NCBI GenBank assembly: GCA_028534125.1
Contig: CM052817.1
Location: 81,470,001 to 81,534,000, forward strand
Source of the DNA: Lama glama
Lineage: Eukaryota
Direction of reading: 5' to 3'
DNA: 64,000 nucleotides
The notes under the pieces were generated by a model. That model saw only the letters and a program-made list of their open reading frames with translations, was not told the DNA's origin and ran no database searches. The stretch's first letter is position 1; each line of letters begins with the position of its first letter. The position numbers were made by a program, and so were the translations under genes. Below, piece after piece: positions 48,613-62,115 of the stretch.

Positions 48613-51137
48613 GCCTCTGTGATGATATATTTGAGTTTACACAGCCTTGTAAAGGACCACTTTCTATCGGCACTTTCAGATGAATAGAAATGAAATGCCT
48701 TATGTTTTTCCAGTTTTTAATTTCATGATTGCCTGTGGGTTTTTACAAATACTCTTTTTCTTTGACTTTTAGAGTTACAAATGATTATAATTTTATGTGA
48801 CTTTCCAGGCAATTCCACTGCCTCAAAATGTTTCATGACCTATCATTTAAGAAAAAAATAATACATTATCAGTGCACAAAGCTCTGAGAGGCTTTCCCTC
48901 TGAGAGAACCCAGATAAATAAAATGACATGTGGTCAATAATCCCAAAATCAGCTATGAAGAAGTCATATTTCAAAATAGCACCTTATTCAGTTACTTGTT
49001 TTGAGTATCTTGGAGACCAGCCCTGCTTTTGTTGACAGTATTTCTGAGAATGTTGACATTCCAGCAGCAGCACCCATCAATTTGGGGGTAAGTGTTTGGA
49101 GCATGGGACAGTGTAGGAGGTTGGAACTCACCCTCTACAAAATCTGCTAAACTGGTTTTACCAGTTTGAAGGGAAAGCCCGAGTGTCAGCCCTGAGCAAA
49201 ATGTGAGGGCTGAACTATAAAGCCTTCAAAAACATATAGAATTGTAATTAGCCATGATGAGTGAAACTTTAAATGGCTGAAGGCTGACTTTGTATAAGCA
49301 CGCTGAAACCTGACTTGATGTATGCCATTTCTCTTGACTATGGCCGGGAAACTTCACCATGTCGGATTTCGGTTGTCATGTCTACTCTTGCTGTTTGCTG
49401 GCCAGAAAGTCGGCAACATTTCAGTAAGTTATTTGCCTGATTCCAGAAGATGTCCCTGAGGATACAGAGGGAAATGTCATGAGACTGGGTGTTGTGTTAT
49501 CTGGAGGAAAACAATATAGAATTTAACAGTTAACAACAACAACAAAAAGTTGACATTTTTTTTGTTGGTTCTATTAGTAAAGATGATTAAAAACTAAAAA
49601 ACAAAAAACTTGTGATTGGTCCTTATTTTTCTCCTCACTTGAAAGCCTGGACAACTGTATATTGCTAGGCTGACACACTTCTTCTTGCTCTGTCCATGCT
49701 GACTTTGTACGCCTCCCTCCATCCTCCGTCATCTCTCTGTTCACAGGGTGACTAACTCCACTACCCTTAGAGGTCGATCTAGAAAGTTGCTTCTAATAGG
49801 TGATGCCTTTTGCAGACTGTTTTTTTTTTTTTTACCTCCACTGTGTTTTCATAGCATCTTTACACCTCTTTTGAAATACGTGTCACATCATGCTACAATA
49901 GCTCTCTCTTTTTTGCCTTGCTTCCTCACTAGACTGGAAATTTCCCAAAGATAAAAGCCTTGTCATTCCCTGACTTTTTCGTATCATCTTGAATTTGCCA
50001 ACACTCAAAGTGATGATGAGGTGAACGACTTCTTTCACAGTGATAGTTTGCACGTCTTATCAAAGCCTAGTTCTGCAAATCTGTAGGAAAATGCTTAGGT
50101 TCATGATAGTACGTAGTAACGATAGCTCTTCCCTGCACAGTCTTAGGGCTGGGAAAAGAACAGAGTACAGAAAGTGCGTGATGATATACCAGATTTCATT
50201 CAGTTTCAATGTGTTCATGGGGGTGAAAACAGCCCAAGAGCACAATTCTTGAACTTGGCATAAACCACAACAAAGAAACACAACATAGAAATTAAAGTTT
50301 TACACTAAAATTTTTAAAATTTAGGTCAACTCTTCCTTATGGAAATAACTTTAAAGTTATTTAATTTACTGTTTTTCACATTATTTTCCCCACAGAATCC
50401 CTGAAGACGGTTCAGGGGCCACCCAGATGGACTGAGCCTGACAACGGATAGACGCCCAGGTCCCCACATTTATTTCCAAAAAGGTCAGCTTTCACTAATG
50501 TATTTTGGATGTTAGTTTAGGCTCACCTCCCACTCAAAACCTACATGAAATTGGCTCAAGCGCACACCAAATCAAGACACTCTGGTCATTTAAAACCTGG
50601 TACGTATTTTTGAAAATTCCCAGGGCCATCTCGGTCTCTTGGCTCTTGATTATCTGTATGGTAATTCTGACTTCCATGTGATTGTAAGTTTCATTGATTA
50701 TACAATTAAAAAAGCCACAGAACCCAAGCATGTATGAGCACAGTAGGTCTCCTCTCTCCTTTTTTCCTTCCCAGATTGTCCTAGGAACACATAACAAGCA
50801 TTATGCTTATGCTTGGCTCCAACCAACACACAAACCAACTCTCCTGTAGGAGCAGGGGAAGCGGAGAATTCCCCAGCATTGGTCATAGTTCATTTCTCAA
50901 TAAAACAGAGAGTGAACCTTCTCCCTAATTCTGTCACATTTTGTCACTTGAGCCAAGAAACCATGCTGGCACTTAGAGATGCACAGAATGTCGTGTAAAT
51001 ATTTTATTCAGTATTTGCTTTAATCCCTACCCCATCGGGGGTTGTAAATATCCTCATACTGAGTAGGAACAGAGACTAAGTTATTCACTCAATTATTTTG
51101 CTTTTACTTCCATCCTGGAAGTCTTGCTAGTGCTCAA

Positions 51138-51186
51138 CACACACACGCACATGCACACACACATGCACACACGCACACAGACACAT
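51138..51186. repeat. Imperfect (CA)n microsatellite
   Basis: 'cacacacacgcacatgcacacacacatgcacacacgcacacagacaca'. Confidence 0.9.
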
Positions 51187-51339
51187 TCTCTTTTCTCCTT
51201 CAGCCTGAAAATAAAACTCCTCCTGCACGGTAATGCATGCAAATAGATTTCTGGAGCAGTCATCATCTCTCTGATTTGGCAAACAGTTTCCAAATTAGTT
51301 TGAGCTGGGTACAACTGGGACATCCTGTTGCATTTCTGC

Positions 51340-51487
51340 TTTTATAGCATACTACCATTTATAAAGTGCTTTCACATACTCAGTTCTCTTATTAACCCTC
51401 AGAATGTTAGGTTCTTATCTATCTCCAGTTTAGATTAGAAAACTGAGGCCAAGAAGATTGCCAGGGTCACAGAAGGAGTTAAAGGTG
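51340..51487 (-). mobile_element. MIR split by MLT2 (resumes ~51992-52030)
   Basis: 'atttataaagtgctttcacatac..ctccagtttagattagaaaactgaggcc..ttgccagggtcacag'. Confidence 0.8.
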
Positions 51488-51991
51488 TGTGAAGGTTAAT
51501 TTCATGTGTCAGTTTGGCTGAGCTAAAGGATGCCCAGCTAACTGGTAAAATATTATTTCTGGGCATATCTGTGAAGATGTTTCTGGGGGAGATTAGCCTT
51601 TACAGCTAAGCAAAGAAGATCGCCCTGACCAATGCACTGGGCATCATCCAGTCTGATGAAGGCCTGAATAGAGCAAAGACACGGAGGGAGGGCAAATTCT
51701 CTCTCTCTTCTTGAGCTGAGATAGTCAGCATCTCCTGCTCCTGCCCTCAGTCATCAGGGCCCTTGGTTCTTGGGCTTATGAGCTCTGACCAGGACTTGCA
51801 CCATCAGCCCCCAGATTTCAGGCCTTCAGACTCACTGAATTACACCACTGGTTCTCCAGTTCATAGATGGCAGACTGTGGGACTTCATGGTCTCCAAAAC
51901 CATGTATGCCAATTGCTACAATAAATATTTTCTATCTATATCCATATCTATCCTATGGGTTCTGTTTCCTGGGAGAACACTGACTAATACA
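51488..51991 (+). mobile_element. MLT2B-like ERVL solo LTR
   Basis: 'tgtgaaggttaatttcatgtgtcagtttggct', 'gggcatcatccagtctgatgaaggcctgaatagagcaaa', ends 'gttctgtttcctgggagaacactgactaataca'; TSD AGGTG/TGGTG. Confidence 0.93.
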
Positions 51992-53700
51992 TGGTGCATC
52001 TGCGGCTTCAGCTCAGGCCTCCTGGCACCCTACAGAAAGTCAGTGATGAAGAGGGAATGACTTTAACATGGAGCATTCTTTCAGGGCTAGATGTACTTGT
52101 ACGCACTCTATTTTATTTTTAGCCACGTTTTCTTTTCCCCTCCCCTCCCCCTTCTCTTCTTTTAGTTTTAGCTATTTAAAGCATGGTGGGAGGGGTGGGG
52201 TAGAGGAGGAAGAATCATCTGCTGAATTTCAATATCCTCATATCGCTTGAGAACCAAGCAGGCTTCTTGGACCATTATTTTGAGACATGACAGTTGGGCT
52301 TCAGTAGTCTAGTGTAAGTCCCAAGGGGGCGGCCTTAGGAGAGACACTGGCTAGCAGTTGCCCACGGGTCATCTGTCACTGGCAGACACACTACCTTCTA
52401 GGGACTACTTTGTGGACAGCAGCTCTGAGCTGGCTGGGAGCAAGCCCGTTTCAAGGATCTCCCACAGCGCCTAGCAAGATAATTTTTTGCTAAGCTACTG
52501 GAAATTAAAAATGAGGGATAAGAGTGAGTGGTGTTTATACTGTCTATAAGATTGGGAGAGTAAGAATGCAGGGCAGTAAGAATTAAACACATATGTTTTT
52601 CATTTGTCATTAATGCTACCTAGACTATAAATCTACAGAAAAAGAGGTGTAACAAAAGTCTTAGAGAGAGGAAAGCTATGATTTCAATGTTTACTGCTTA
52701 TACAAAACAAAATAAGGTGATATATAAGAAATATTCTCATATTTTTAGAATAAATTCATACAGAAAGTGACATAATATAATTTTAATTACTTGCTTTAAA
52801 TCAAACAATTCTCTTTTGGAAGTAGTCTGCTGAAGATCAGATGAACAAGAAGTACATTGGCCAAGTTCAACCCTCTTCCATGGATTGTGTGGATGCTCTT
52901 AAGTAGGTACTGTTTATGTGACACATAGAGCAGTTTTTTACTTCTCATTCTGATTATTCACATAAATAATTCTTATTTAAATAAAAATAATATATGCTCA
53001 CTCATTATTAAACAAAAAAAATCAAACTACCTAGAGAGTAGAGAGGAAAAATACCCAAAAGCATTGCCTACTTCTCCTCAGCCCATGTTGTTCCAAATGG
53101 AAGATTTTAGTGAGCGTTTAGGGAATTTTGTAGAGCCATTTTCTTTTTTCAGGGTTGATTCTGGGATCAGGGAAGCTGGCTCTGGGCCCGCACCATGCCT
53201 CCTGTCACATCAGAATTCTGTTTCTGTCCTTTTTGTGGTTAATGGTTTTCATTTGATCTTAATTCCTTATTTGGTTGCGGCTTGTGAAGGGATTCTTTTC
53301 TTTCTTTCTCTCTTCATTTAAAACCTATTTCTGTTCCTTTCTTAAGGATGGGGGAGGGTGATTCTATGCTGCTGTGTAACTCTTCTGGTAACCCCCAAAC
53401 TCCTGTTTGGTTTATAAAGCTAAAATGTGAAGTCAATTAACATTTCCAAAGAATGTTAGCCCTGTGCTTTGCCTCCACAGTGTTGAGATCGATATGCAAT
53501 GTTTGGACAAGTAAAGGAGGAAGAAGTTTACATTTCGTTTCAGTCTAACTCTGATCAGCTGGATGAGTGTAGACTTAATCAAACCAATCTTTGAGCTCCG
53601 TTGTCAACTTGGAAAATACTTCACTTTCAGGGTTCCACCAATACACGCAGTATATTCATGAATCAAGTTTCTCATGTTACTTTCTAGACGCTGGAGTGAA

Positions 53701-54110
53701 TGTCACAGATATGTTGATGTACTGCCCAGATCTCCCTTAAGTGAAGGACCTGTGGCGTCAGCTGCCGGAATCTTGTCATCAGGTGCCTTCAGCATCTTCG
53801 GAAACTGTCTCCCCTGCAGAGAACCATCAAAGTCACACCTCTTTCCCTGCAGCCACGTCCAGTGGCAGATCTGTATGGGAGAGACACTGCCTGGTTATTT
53901 CCATCCAGTTGAGAACAAATCTGAAGGGCCGTTCTTGCTTCTTAACTCCTCATGGGATCAGCAAAACCTGTCACCGGCCCAGCGGCTCTGCCCACATTTG
54001 CTGACTTACCCTCCCTATGCAGGTATTGATCCCAAGGGTGCTCTCTAAAAAACACCCTGAATACTAAATCTCCTCTCAGAATTTACATTCAGGGAACCCA
54101 ATCCATGACA
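53701..54110 (+). mobile_element. LTR16-like ERVL solo LTR
   Basis: TGT...ACA; 'acaaatctgaagggcc', 'caggtattgatcccaagggtgctctctaaaaaacaccctg..aatctcctctcagaatt..cagggaacccaatccatgaca'. Confidence 0.82.
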
Positions 54111-54134
54111 GCAGACACTGTGAGTTTTCTCACC

Positions 54135-54560
54135 AACATCTACTCTTTCCTTGTCCCACTATGTTGTAATATTTCATTTGGTGGAATTAGCTTAGCACTC
54201 AGTGGTGGGATGAGTGCTTTATCTAAGACAGTCAGGGTATTCCTATCTAACCCGCCACAGTCAAAGCTTCAGATAATCCAGGGCTAGCAAATTAGTACAT
54301 GACAGTCACCTGCCTAGGGAATTACTCAGGGACAGTTCCATCAGTGTGAATTTCAAGACTTGGGTGATGATAGGAATTCATGCTGCTCTCTGCCTAGATG
54401 TGAACCATATTGCCTTCAGTGGCTGCTAGTATCCAGCTTCCAACAATGATGGGAACCAACTTGTGATGATAACACACAAAGGACCGAAGAACTGAAGGAG
54501 GAATTGAGAAAATGAGCCAGGCCTGGATGCAAATATGCCTGTATCCTTTCCTACAGGTGG
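54135..54560 (+). mobile_element. Old MaLR-like LTR fragment (MLT1K/LTR33-like)
   Basis: 'ctaagacagtcagggtattcc', 'ccatcagtgtgaatttcaagactt', 'gagccaggcctggatgcaaatatgcctg'. Confidence 0.5.
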
Positions 54561-57362
54561 GTGTAGGTGCAGATGATTCATCAGGATGGCAGTCTTCTTC
54601 TAAGAAAAATCACTTTAGAAATATCATATTAAATGGTTCTGAGTACTCTTAAAGGGTAATTGACTCAAAGAATAAAAGCTTTAGCCTGATCATAAGCTGG
54701 TTTATGAAACAAACCCATTAGTGTTCAGAACAATCCTTGTTGTACTATTATTTGAGTTAGACCTACATAAAGAAACAAAAAATTGGGGATAATGGATATC
54801 TCAAGCAACTTGGCTACATGTATCTGTATATGTTGGTCGTAATTTTATTGCTTTCAGCTTGAAGCCTTTGCAAATGCATGGTGATTATATTAGTGAGATA
54901 ATGGAATTTTTTTTCATTCTCTTTTACCTATTAAAATAAACCAATGATTACAAAAAAATGCTTCAACACTCAAATGCAGTATGGGTACATTATAGTAATT
55001 TTGTGTAGTTTAGTGACACCAAATAATGCAAACTCTGTCATTTACATTCTCAATTGAACTTCACTTAAATAGAAATTCGTTAACGGGTTTTTATGTAAAT
55101 GAATGAGGCATACAGATACAAGCCCAAGATCTTGGTCAACTTTTAGGTACATTATGCAATATTGTATTTTTAACTTTATTCTGTCTCATTTATTGTCAGA
55201 AAATATCTGATACATATGGAAAATACTGGCTGCTTAGTAATATTCATAAGACAAAATTCAGCTGAAAATGAGTAGAATATTTCTGGAGATCTAGCCCAAA
55301 ATTACATATGTAAACTAGTAAAAGACAGAAAAGAGGATAAAGTAGCAGAAATATAAAAAATACTCACTTATTCTTGAATGTGTGATGTATATGTGATATA
55401 AATGATCTTAAAATCAACAGGAGCTATTCTCGTCTTAACACTTGCAAAGAACTAAAATCAGAGAGGAACAACAACTCTTGTTCATTGATGATTCATCAGA
55501 CAACAAATAACTTCTCCACAGTGTACCTGGAAATTTACAAACAGGAAAAGGTTTCAGTTATTTTTCTGAATGAATCCCCATGTGAGCTCTGACATGGCAA
55601 GTGAAGAAACTCAAATATCACTGAATATTGCCCCCAAAGCTTAACAGTATATCCTATGTAAATTTTTCTAAATATTTCACTCTTATACTTTATTCATTTT
55701 ATTTACACTGGAAAAAAAAATTCTGGTTATCTGTAGGGAGAAAATAAAAACTAATAAAATAAATTTTTTTTTATTTTTAAGTAGACAGTAAATTTCCTGA
55801 TAATAAGATAATTACACAAAAATCACTCAAGAAATTTAATTTACATTTCCTGTCAGTTTAAAACTACTCTAAACTATGAAAAGGAAAAAGAAGGTACAAT
55901 ACAAATTCTAACATGGAGACTTTCACACTGTTACAAAATTAAGTATTGAGATTCTATTTTAGCTTAATGAATGAAAGAGTGGTTTAAGACTGAAATAATT
56001 AAAATAAAGGAAAATAATTGTTTATTGGCTTAATACATGAAATTTCCTTTTTAATGATATCACTCCATTGTTTGAAATCACTTGATAGCTTCTACTGCCT
56101 ATGGGATAACTTTCCAAGTCTGCATCTGGGCATTTAAGTGTCTCTCTAGTGTACTCCCGATCTGACCTTCCACATTTCTCTTCCTCCACAGATCCTTCTG
56201 TAGGGCCGTACAGGTCTACTTGTCCTTCCCCCAAATTGCCCAACATGTCCTTTCCACGCCTTTGCTTCTCCTGTCTCCTCTCTTGGCAAGAAGTTCTTCT
56301 GCCACGTCCCAGCCAGAAGACAGTCTTCCTTCTCCTCCAATAACTCCTCCTGTTATCTTACTACATAGTCCAGAATTCAACTGAAGAAGATAACTGTCTC
56401 TGGATAAAAAGAAACAAACTTTGATAAAATTCCTGAGGAAAGAGGTGAAACCCTAAAGTGGTGGAAATAAAGCCAAGAGCTAAAATACTCTGATCGAGTA
56501 TAAACAGGAAGAGGGAGAGAGACATGAGATGGGTGTGTGTGGGAGTGGTGGTGGTGGTGGGAGGGGTGGTGACAAAATAAACAGATGTGCAACATGGTAG
56601 ATTTACTTTGGACATTGTAGAAGCCAAAATACATGATGTTCCAGTTTAGACAGTGTTTCTGTGCTATTCTAATCACTCAAGTCTTTGGTAGACTCTGCCA
56701 CGCACAAAAAGCTTTTTGAGCATTTTCTTTGTCTTTTCTTTTGAAGTAGGAGAAAGAGTATAAAGTCCACATCTGTTTAAATGTCAGCGAGAAGATGAGT
56801 GAAGAGCCTTAAGACTTAGGGCAAAAAATAAAACTTCAGAGTGAGCAGGAGATAGGAGCGAGAGGTGGCGAGAGAAATAGCTTTTCCTTAGGATTTAGGA
56901 GAATTCTTAGGGATGGCATGGATTTTCTCCAAGGGATAAACAAGGAGTTTTACTCAAGCTTCCCATCAGATGACCAGTCATCCCAGCACTGCAGGCTTTC
57001 CTGGGATAGGGACAGTCAGAGCTGAAAAGTCCTGGGCACAGTGAGATGTCTCATCCACTCTCACAAAGGGCAGAAAGCCACTAACCTACATCCCTGGGCC
57101 ACAGACACACTCTCTGGCACACATGTGGCACCTAACACACAATATCTTGAATTGTTAGTTGTCATTCTCTTTGTAAAGTATGGGAGAAAGGGTAGTATAG
57201 TATTTTTTGTTTTGTTTTTCCAAAAAATCCACACACCTGATCTGTAATCTAAATTTGCACCCCATCCCTAATTACTAGCTGAAAAGATTTTAACCTTAAT
57301 AGTTACCGAGATAATTTATTCAGTGCATTTTTGTCACTTTCCTTTTGGAGTTACTTTCATGT

Positions 57363-57606
57363 CTTTGATTCTCAACTGGTACTGATTTTGCCCCCTTCCT
57401 CCGAAGGACATCTGTCAATGTCTGGAGAAATCTGTGGTTGTCACAACTCATGTGTGTGTGGGTGTGGGGTGATAGGGTGGCCAATGGAATTTAGTGAGTA
57501 GTGGCCAGGGAAGCTGCTAAACATTCTACAGAGTACAAGACATCCCCCCCAACAAAGAATTTTCTGGCAAAAAAATTGTCAATGATACTTAGGTGGAAAA
57601 CCCCTG
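57363..57606 (+). mobile_element. MER20 (hAT-Charlie)
   Basis: 'ttctcaactgg..gattttgcccc..ggacatctgtcaatgtctggaga..ggttgtcacaact..ggccagggaagctgctaaacattctaca..aacaaagaatt..gtggaaaacccctg'. Confidence 0.93.
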
Positions 57607-59024
57607 ATTTAGATCCTGAATCATTTTCTTCTATCATAGCGTTGGCACATGCTTGGCTGGAAATGAGGATTCGATATTTGAAAACCATGAAAATCATTTG
57701 AGGAGAAAGTGACACTGTGAAAGCCTGCTTTAAAAAGCACCCTTTCTGTGCCAAGCACAGAGCAACGATAGGTAAACTAATTCTAAAACATCAAAAGAAG
57801 TGTCCGTAAACAAGATAAGAATCTTTATGGACCAGAAATGGAATAGGAACACACAGCTGTTGCCTGGGCTGGTGGGGATCTGGCTCCAAAAGCAAACAAA
57901 GGCAGCCGGAGTTCAATTCTGCAGGGGAACAGGATCCCCAGAGCCCCCAGCCTGGCCGTGGACCAGAGCCGGGCTCAGCTCTGAAAGCAGGGAAGCCGTG
58001 GTTGCTGCAACATTCCACGAGGAACAGAAGAAACCTCTTACCGCACCTCTGAGCTCTGGCTTTTACAAGATCTGGTCTAAAACAATGAAAGCTTATTTCT
58101 GCGTGGCTACACGTGCACTGTAGGCTGATAGGAGCCTGTGCTCATGACATTGTATGCCCGTTCTAGACATAGGCTGACAAAGAAGCATCCACTTTCATAT
58201 GTGCTGGCATCCGGGTCAAGTGAAAAAGGGCCCTAGGAGGTCTTGTGTCAGTGACACTGTGCTCTGATCTGGTAGGGAAGCCTATCACTTCGGGCCAAAA
58301 GTTATTGTCTGATATTAGTCACACGGCTTCAGGAAGTGCAGTTCTATGACGTGCCTGGAAAGAGGGTTAGCTCCACTAATGAACGCCATAAGCTCTTTAT
58401 TTAAAGTTCTAAGAGGAAGCATAAAAAGTCAAGAACCATGTCGCCACCAAGATGCTTGCTTGTTTGTTGACTGGATCTCTGATAACTCCAGTTTCATAAT
58501 AGGTTAGAAACCTATTACATATGAGATCCGGGCATAATGAGAGGGCCCTTGATGAAGCCAGGAAGAAGCTGATTGTATATCATTTATACACGTAGCCGAG
58601 TGTGAAGAGAGAGAAAGAACATATCCCCCACTTAAGGTCAGCCCTCAATTCATCTCAAGGCACATGAGGAAAAGTAGCAGTATTTGGGGTTTTCCTCCTT
58701 CTGGACAAGTGGTAGGATTTCATAACCTTGCTCTCTTGCACTTAGGGCTGGAATGTGAGGAGAAGTGCCATGTTTCAATTCCAGATTGAAGACTAGAAGA
58801 GTTGGTGCATGAATGAGACTCCGTGTTCCTTTCTTCCCACAGCAGAAGCAGGTGTATTGCAAATAGTTTAGGGTCTGAAAGCCTGGTGCCTGAATGGGGG
58901 CAGATCTTCCTACAGACTGGAGATGGACATATAGCTTAATTGAGTTATCTACCTATATTATTTTAATCCACTGAGGTTTTCATGTTATGCAGCAAAATGT
59001 ATCTTACCCTGACTAATACAGTAG

Positions 59025-59800
59025 TTATTCAAGAAATGTGTGTTGAGAGCTTAGAAAATCTTAAAGCTTGTGAGTGTTTAAGCTGAGCTTTTGAAAGCAT
59101 GTTAAGGTATAAACTGAAGATTTTGGAGGAAGACATTCTCATCTGAAGTGCAGAGGCAGAGTGCTAGCAGAGTGTATCAATGTGATAGAACCAACAAGGG
59201 TGCTTTGCTTGGGTGTGCGGGTGAAGAGCAGGTGGAAAGAACATTTTATGGGAGAAGAAATAAGATGTAAATTATAGCAGGTAAAGGAGTATCAGTTAAT
59301 ATAATACTTATCATTTCAGTTTGAAGAATTCAAATCTTGCTTTCTTGAAAACAACTTAGGTGATTTTAGATATGAATGCCACATGGAATGGTAGTCATTT
59401 CAATGATGATTACTCCAGTAGTCACATTTAGGATGATTTCAAATTGGAGAAGTAGGCTAGGAAACAATTATAATAATAAAAGAAATGTGAAATAAAAAAC
59501 ACAATTTGGGTATTGATTGTGGAATGATATAAACTTGAGAATGATTGACCAAAGGCAATATGAACAGAACATTTTGATTAGTATACATGAGAAAGTTTGG
59601 AGGATGGCAGGTTTAAGAAAGTAAATCAAAGCAGAATCCAGGTCACACATCTGGGAGATGAAGATGGTGTTTGTCTGCAGGAGTAGATGGCAGATTGAAC
59701 TATAAGTTTTAGGGGTGGAAGGGCATTTCATGGTGACCTCTGGAATGCAGTTATGATTCTATGGCTCATATGGGAGGTTAGGACTGAAAATGCAGATTTA
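59025..59800 (-). mobile_element. Degenerate L2
   Basis: 'taagctgagcttttgaaagcatg..ggaggaagacattctc', 'gatattgaactataag'-like and 'gggaggttaggactgaaaatgcagattt' motifs of antisense L2. Confidence 0.55.
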
Positions 59801-61417
59801 TTTACAAACAGTCCATTTATTCCATCGGTGTGGTTCATATTCAGTAGACAGACAACCCAAATTTTGGTGAATCACTTATGTGATACTCAGCAAAGGTAAG
59901 AGCCTTGCCAAGTTTGTAATTATGTTGCTAGATTCATCACTGACAGGCTTTAGAGTTTCAGTATTTAAAAAAAAATGGCTACCATGCAGATAAAGGGGAA
60001 AAGAGATTGCCAAAATATAGGGATTCTTACAATTTATACTTGCTCCTTTACCCAGCTTTAAGGGGCTTAACTTTCAGCTACAGAATCGACTTCAGCCTGA
60101 TCTGAAGAACAAATAAGAACTTACTCTGGGAGATAATCTTTTTTTATTAGTTCCTTTAAAGGTTTTAGGTTATATGTGTGCACTGTGACGTCTAGTCACT
60201 GTAGTTACTGCTTTTGAAAACTTTTGATCCCTTTTAAATCAAGACTAGATTTATTGTCAGCATGAGTATCCAGAAATAGGCTGTGCTTACATGAATTTAT
60301 ATTTGAGTTCAGAAATGCTAAAAAAAATGAATATTTTCTTCTCGGGTCATGGCATTTTATGATCTTTGTTGCTATGGTTCGAAGCTCAAAAGCACAGTGT
60401 TAGCTTTATATAAAATATTTAATGCAAAATAATATCATCTTAAAAGTGCTTCCTGTGAACTTGATAGCATAGAATGAATTAAGAAGCAAGCAACTAACCC
60501 CAGGCAGATTTTGCTAGGCTGACAAAGGAACTAGCATATAGACAGGCAACATATGACCATCAATGTAAAAAAAAATTTTTTTTAATTTTCATGATATTGG
60601 ATTGAAACAGAGCAATTTCCACATTAAGATTTCAGGAATCTTGACAAATGCTGCAGTATCTATACATAAAGATAAAATAAATGTTGCTGATAATACCACG
60701 TAAGCTAAATTAGTTAAAGTTCAATAATGCACCTGTGATTGAATGTATATTAATTTTGCTTTTGGGAAAAAAAAAAGGTATTTCTGACAGAATTATTGTA
60801 AATAGCGAAGAAATAATTCTAAGCTATAAACTCTAAAAAATAAGTAAGTTATGCAGGATCCAGGTATTTAGAATTCCTAATTCAAACATTTTACAGTTTT
60901 TTTCACATATTAAATTAGACAACAATTTCCAAAAATGTTTCTTCCTATTAATACAGTTTCCAAACGGTGAAAACTTCTCGAGGATTACATGTATTTTTTC
61001 CAAATTTCCGAAATTTATAATTAGCCATCAGGGCAATTGAAATGTTTCTAGACCCAGAGAGACCAGATTCTGCTTCTCCATAATCCTCTAGAAATTATCC
61101 TATTTTCACACAGTCTGGGAATCTGTTTGGGTTGTTTTAAACCAGTTAGGAACAAGTGCTTAAGCCATGCCCGAAAGCAGATGTTTGAAAAACTGATGGC
61201 AATTTCTCATCCTATGTGGGAGAATTCTTTGTGTGTGACATAGGATGAGAAACAAGCCAAATGACCTCAAAACAACATCACCGAAACATTTTAACTCCAT
61301 GAAACACTAATTTCCATAGGAAGATTCTGAACACTGTGGAATTTGTTTTTCCTCCTTTGTGGGGCAAAGAAAACATTTTCCTTTTTCTTCCTTTTTTCCC
61401 CTTTAATGTTATTTAAA

Positions 61418-61462
61418 ACACACACACACGCACACACACGCACACACACACACACACACACA
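61418..61462. repeat. (CA)n microsatellite with CG interruptions
   Basis: 'acacacacacacgcacacacacgcacacacacacacacacacaca'. Confidence 0.95.
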
Positions 61463-61884
61463 AACAGCAACTGAAAAGAAGCCATGCACATTTTCTTAGT
61501 AGTATCATTTTTCTGATGGCTGAGACATTCCAAAGTTCTACATGACTGCACTACAGAAAGAATGTTACTGATTTTGTATTTCAGGTATGCTCAGGATTTA
61601 GGCTCCACTTCTGCCAAGGGAGGAACTTAAAAAATTTTATGCCAACAAGAATTACTGCAAAAGTCGAGTCTTTCTGATTGCTTAATGAAGGTCTCCATTT
61701 TGAATCATAAAAGAAACATAGAACTTTGTCAAAACATGATGGAAATACCGATCGTGTTTTCTGTTGCTAACCTAAAAGCCTAGATATTTACATGTAGAAA
61801 CACTCTAGCCTTGATGGTTGGGTAGAAATTGTCAGGATTCAAATCTTATTAATGTAGAAGAGAGATGATCACTTCTAAATCAGA

Positions 61885-62115
61885 CTTTACCGCTTACATC
61901 ACTTACACAGAACTGTTTAAAGTAGTTTAAAATATTAACTCATAACAACCCTATGAATTAGTTACTCCTATCGCTGTTTTTAGACAGGAGGAAGCTGCTA
62001 CTTGAAGCTGTTAAATAACTTGCCCAGGGCCTGCTGTCAGGAACTGGCAAGGCAGCATTTGAAGCAGGCAGATCAGTGCTGCAGTCCACACTTTGAACCA
62101 GCGTGCACGCTGCCT
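61885..62115 (-). mobile_element. MIR (MIRb-like)
   Basis: 'actcataacaaccctatgaattag..tttttagacaggaggaagctg..gttaaataacttgcccagggcc..atttgaagcaggcag'. Confidence 0.85.

Noticed and set aside
55369..55526. Minus-strand coding exon ending in GTGAGT
   Set aside because: Stops in all frames with either candidate acceptor, and it is isolated.
58000..59020. MaLR internal sequence plus LTR
   Set aside because: Only the last ~100 bp ('ccctgactaataca') look like an MLT end; the rest could not be assigned confidently by eye.
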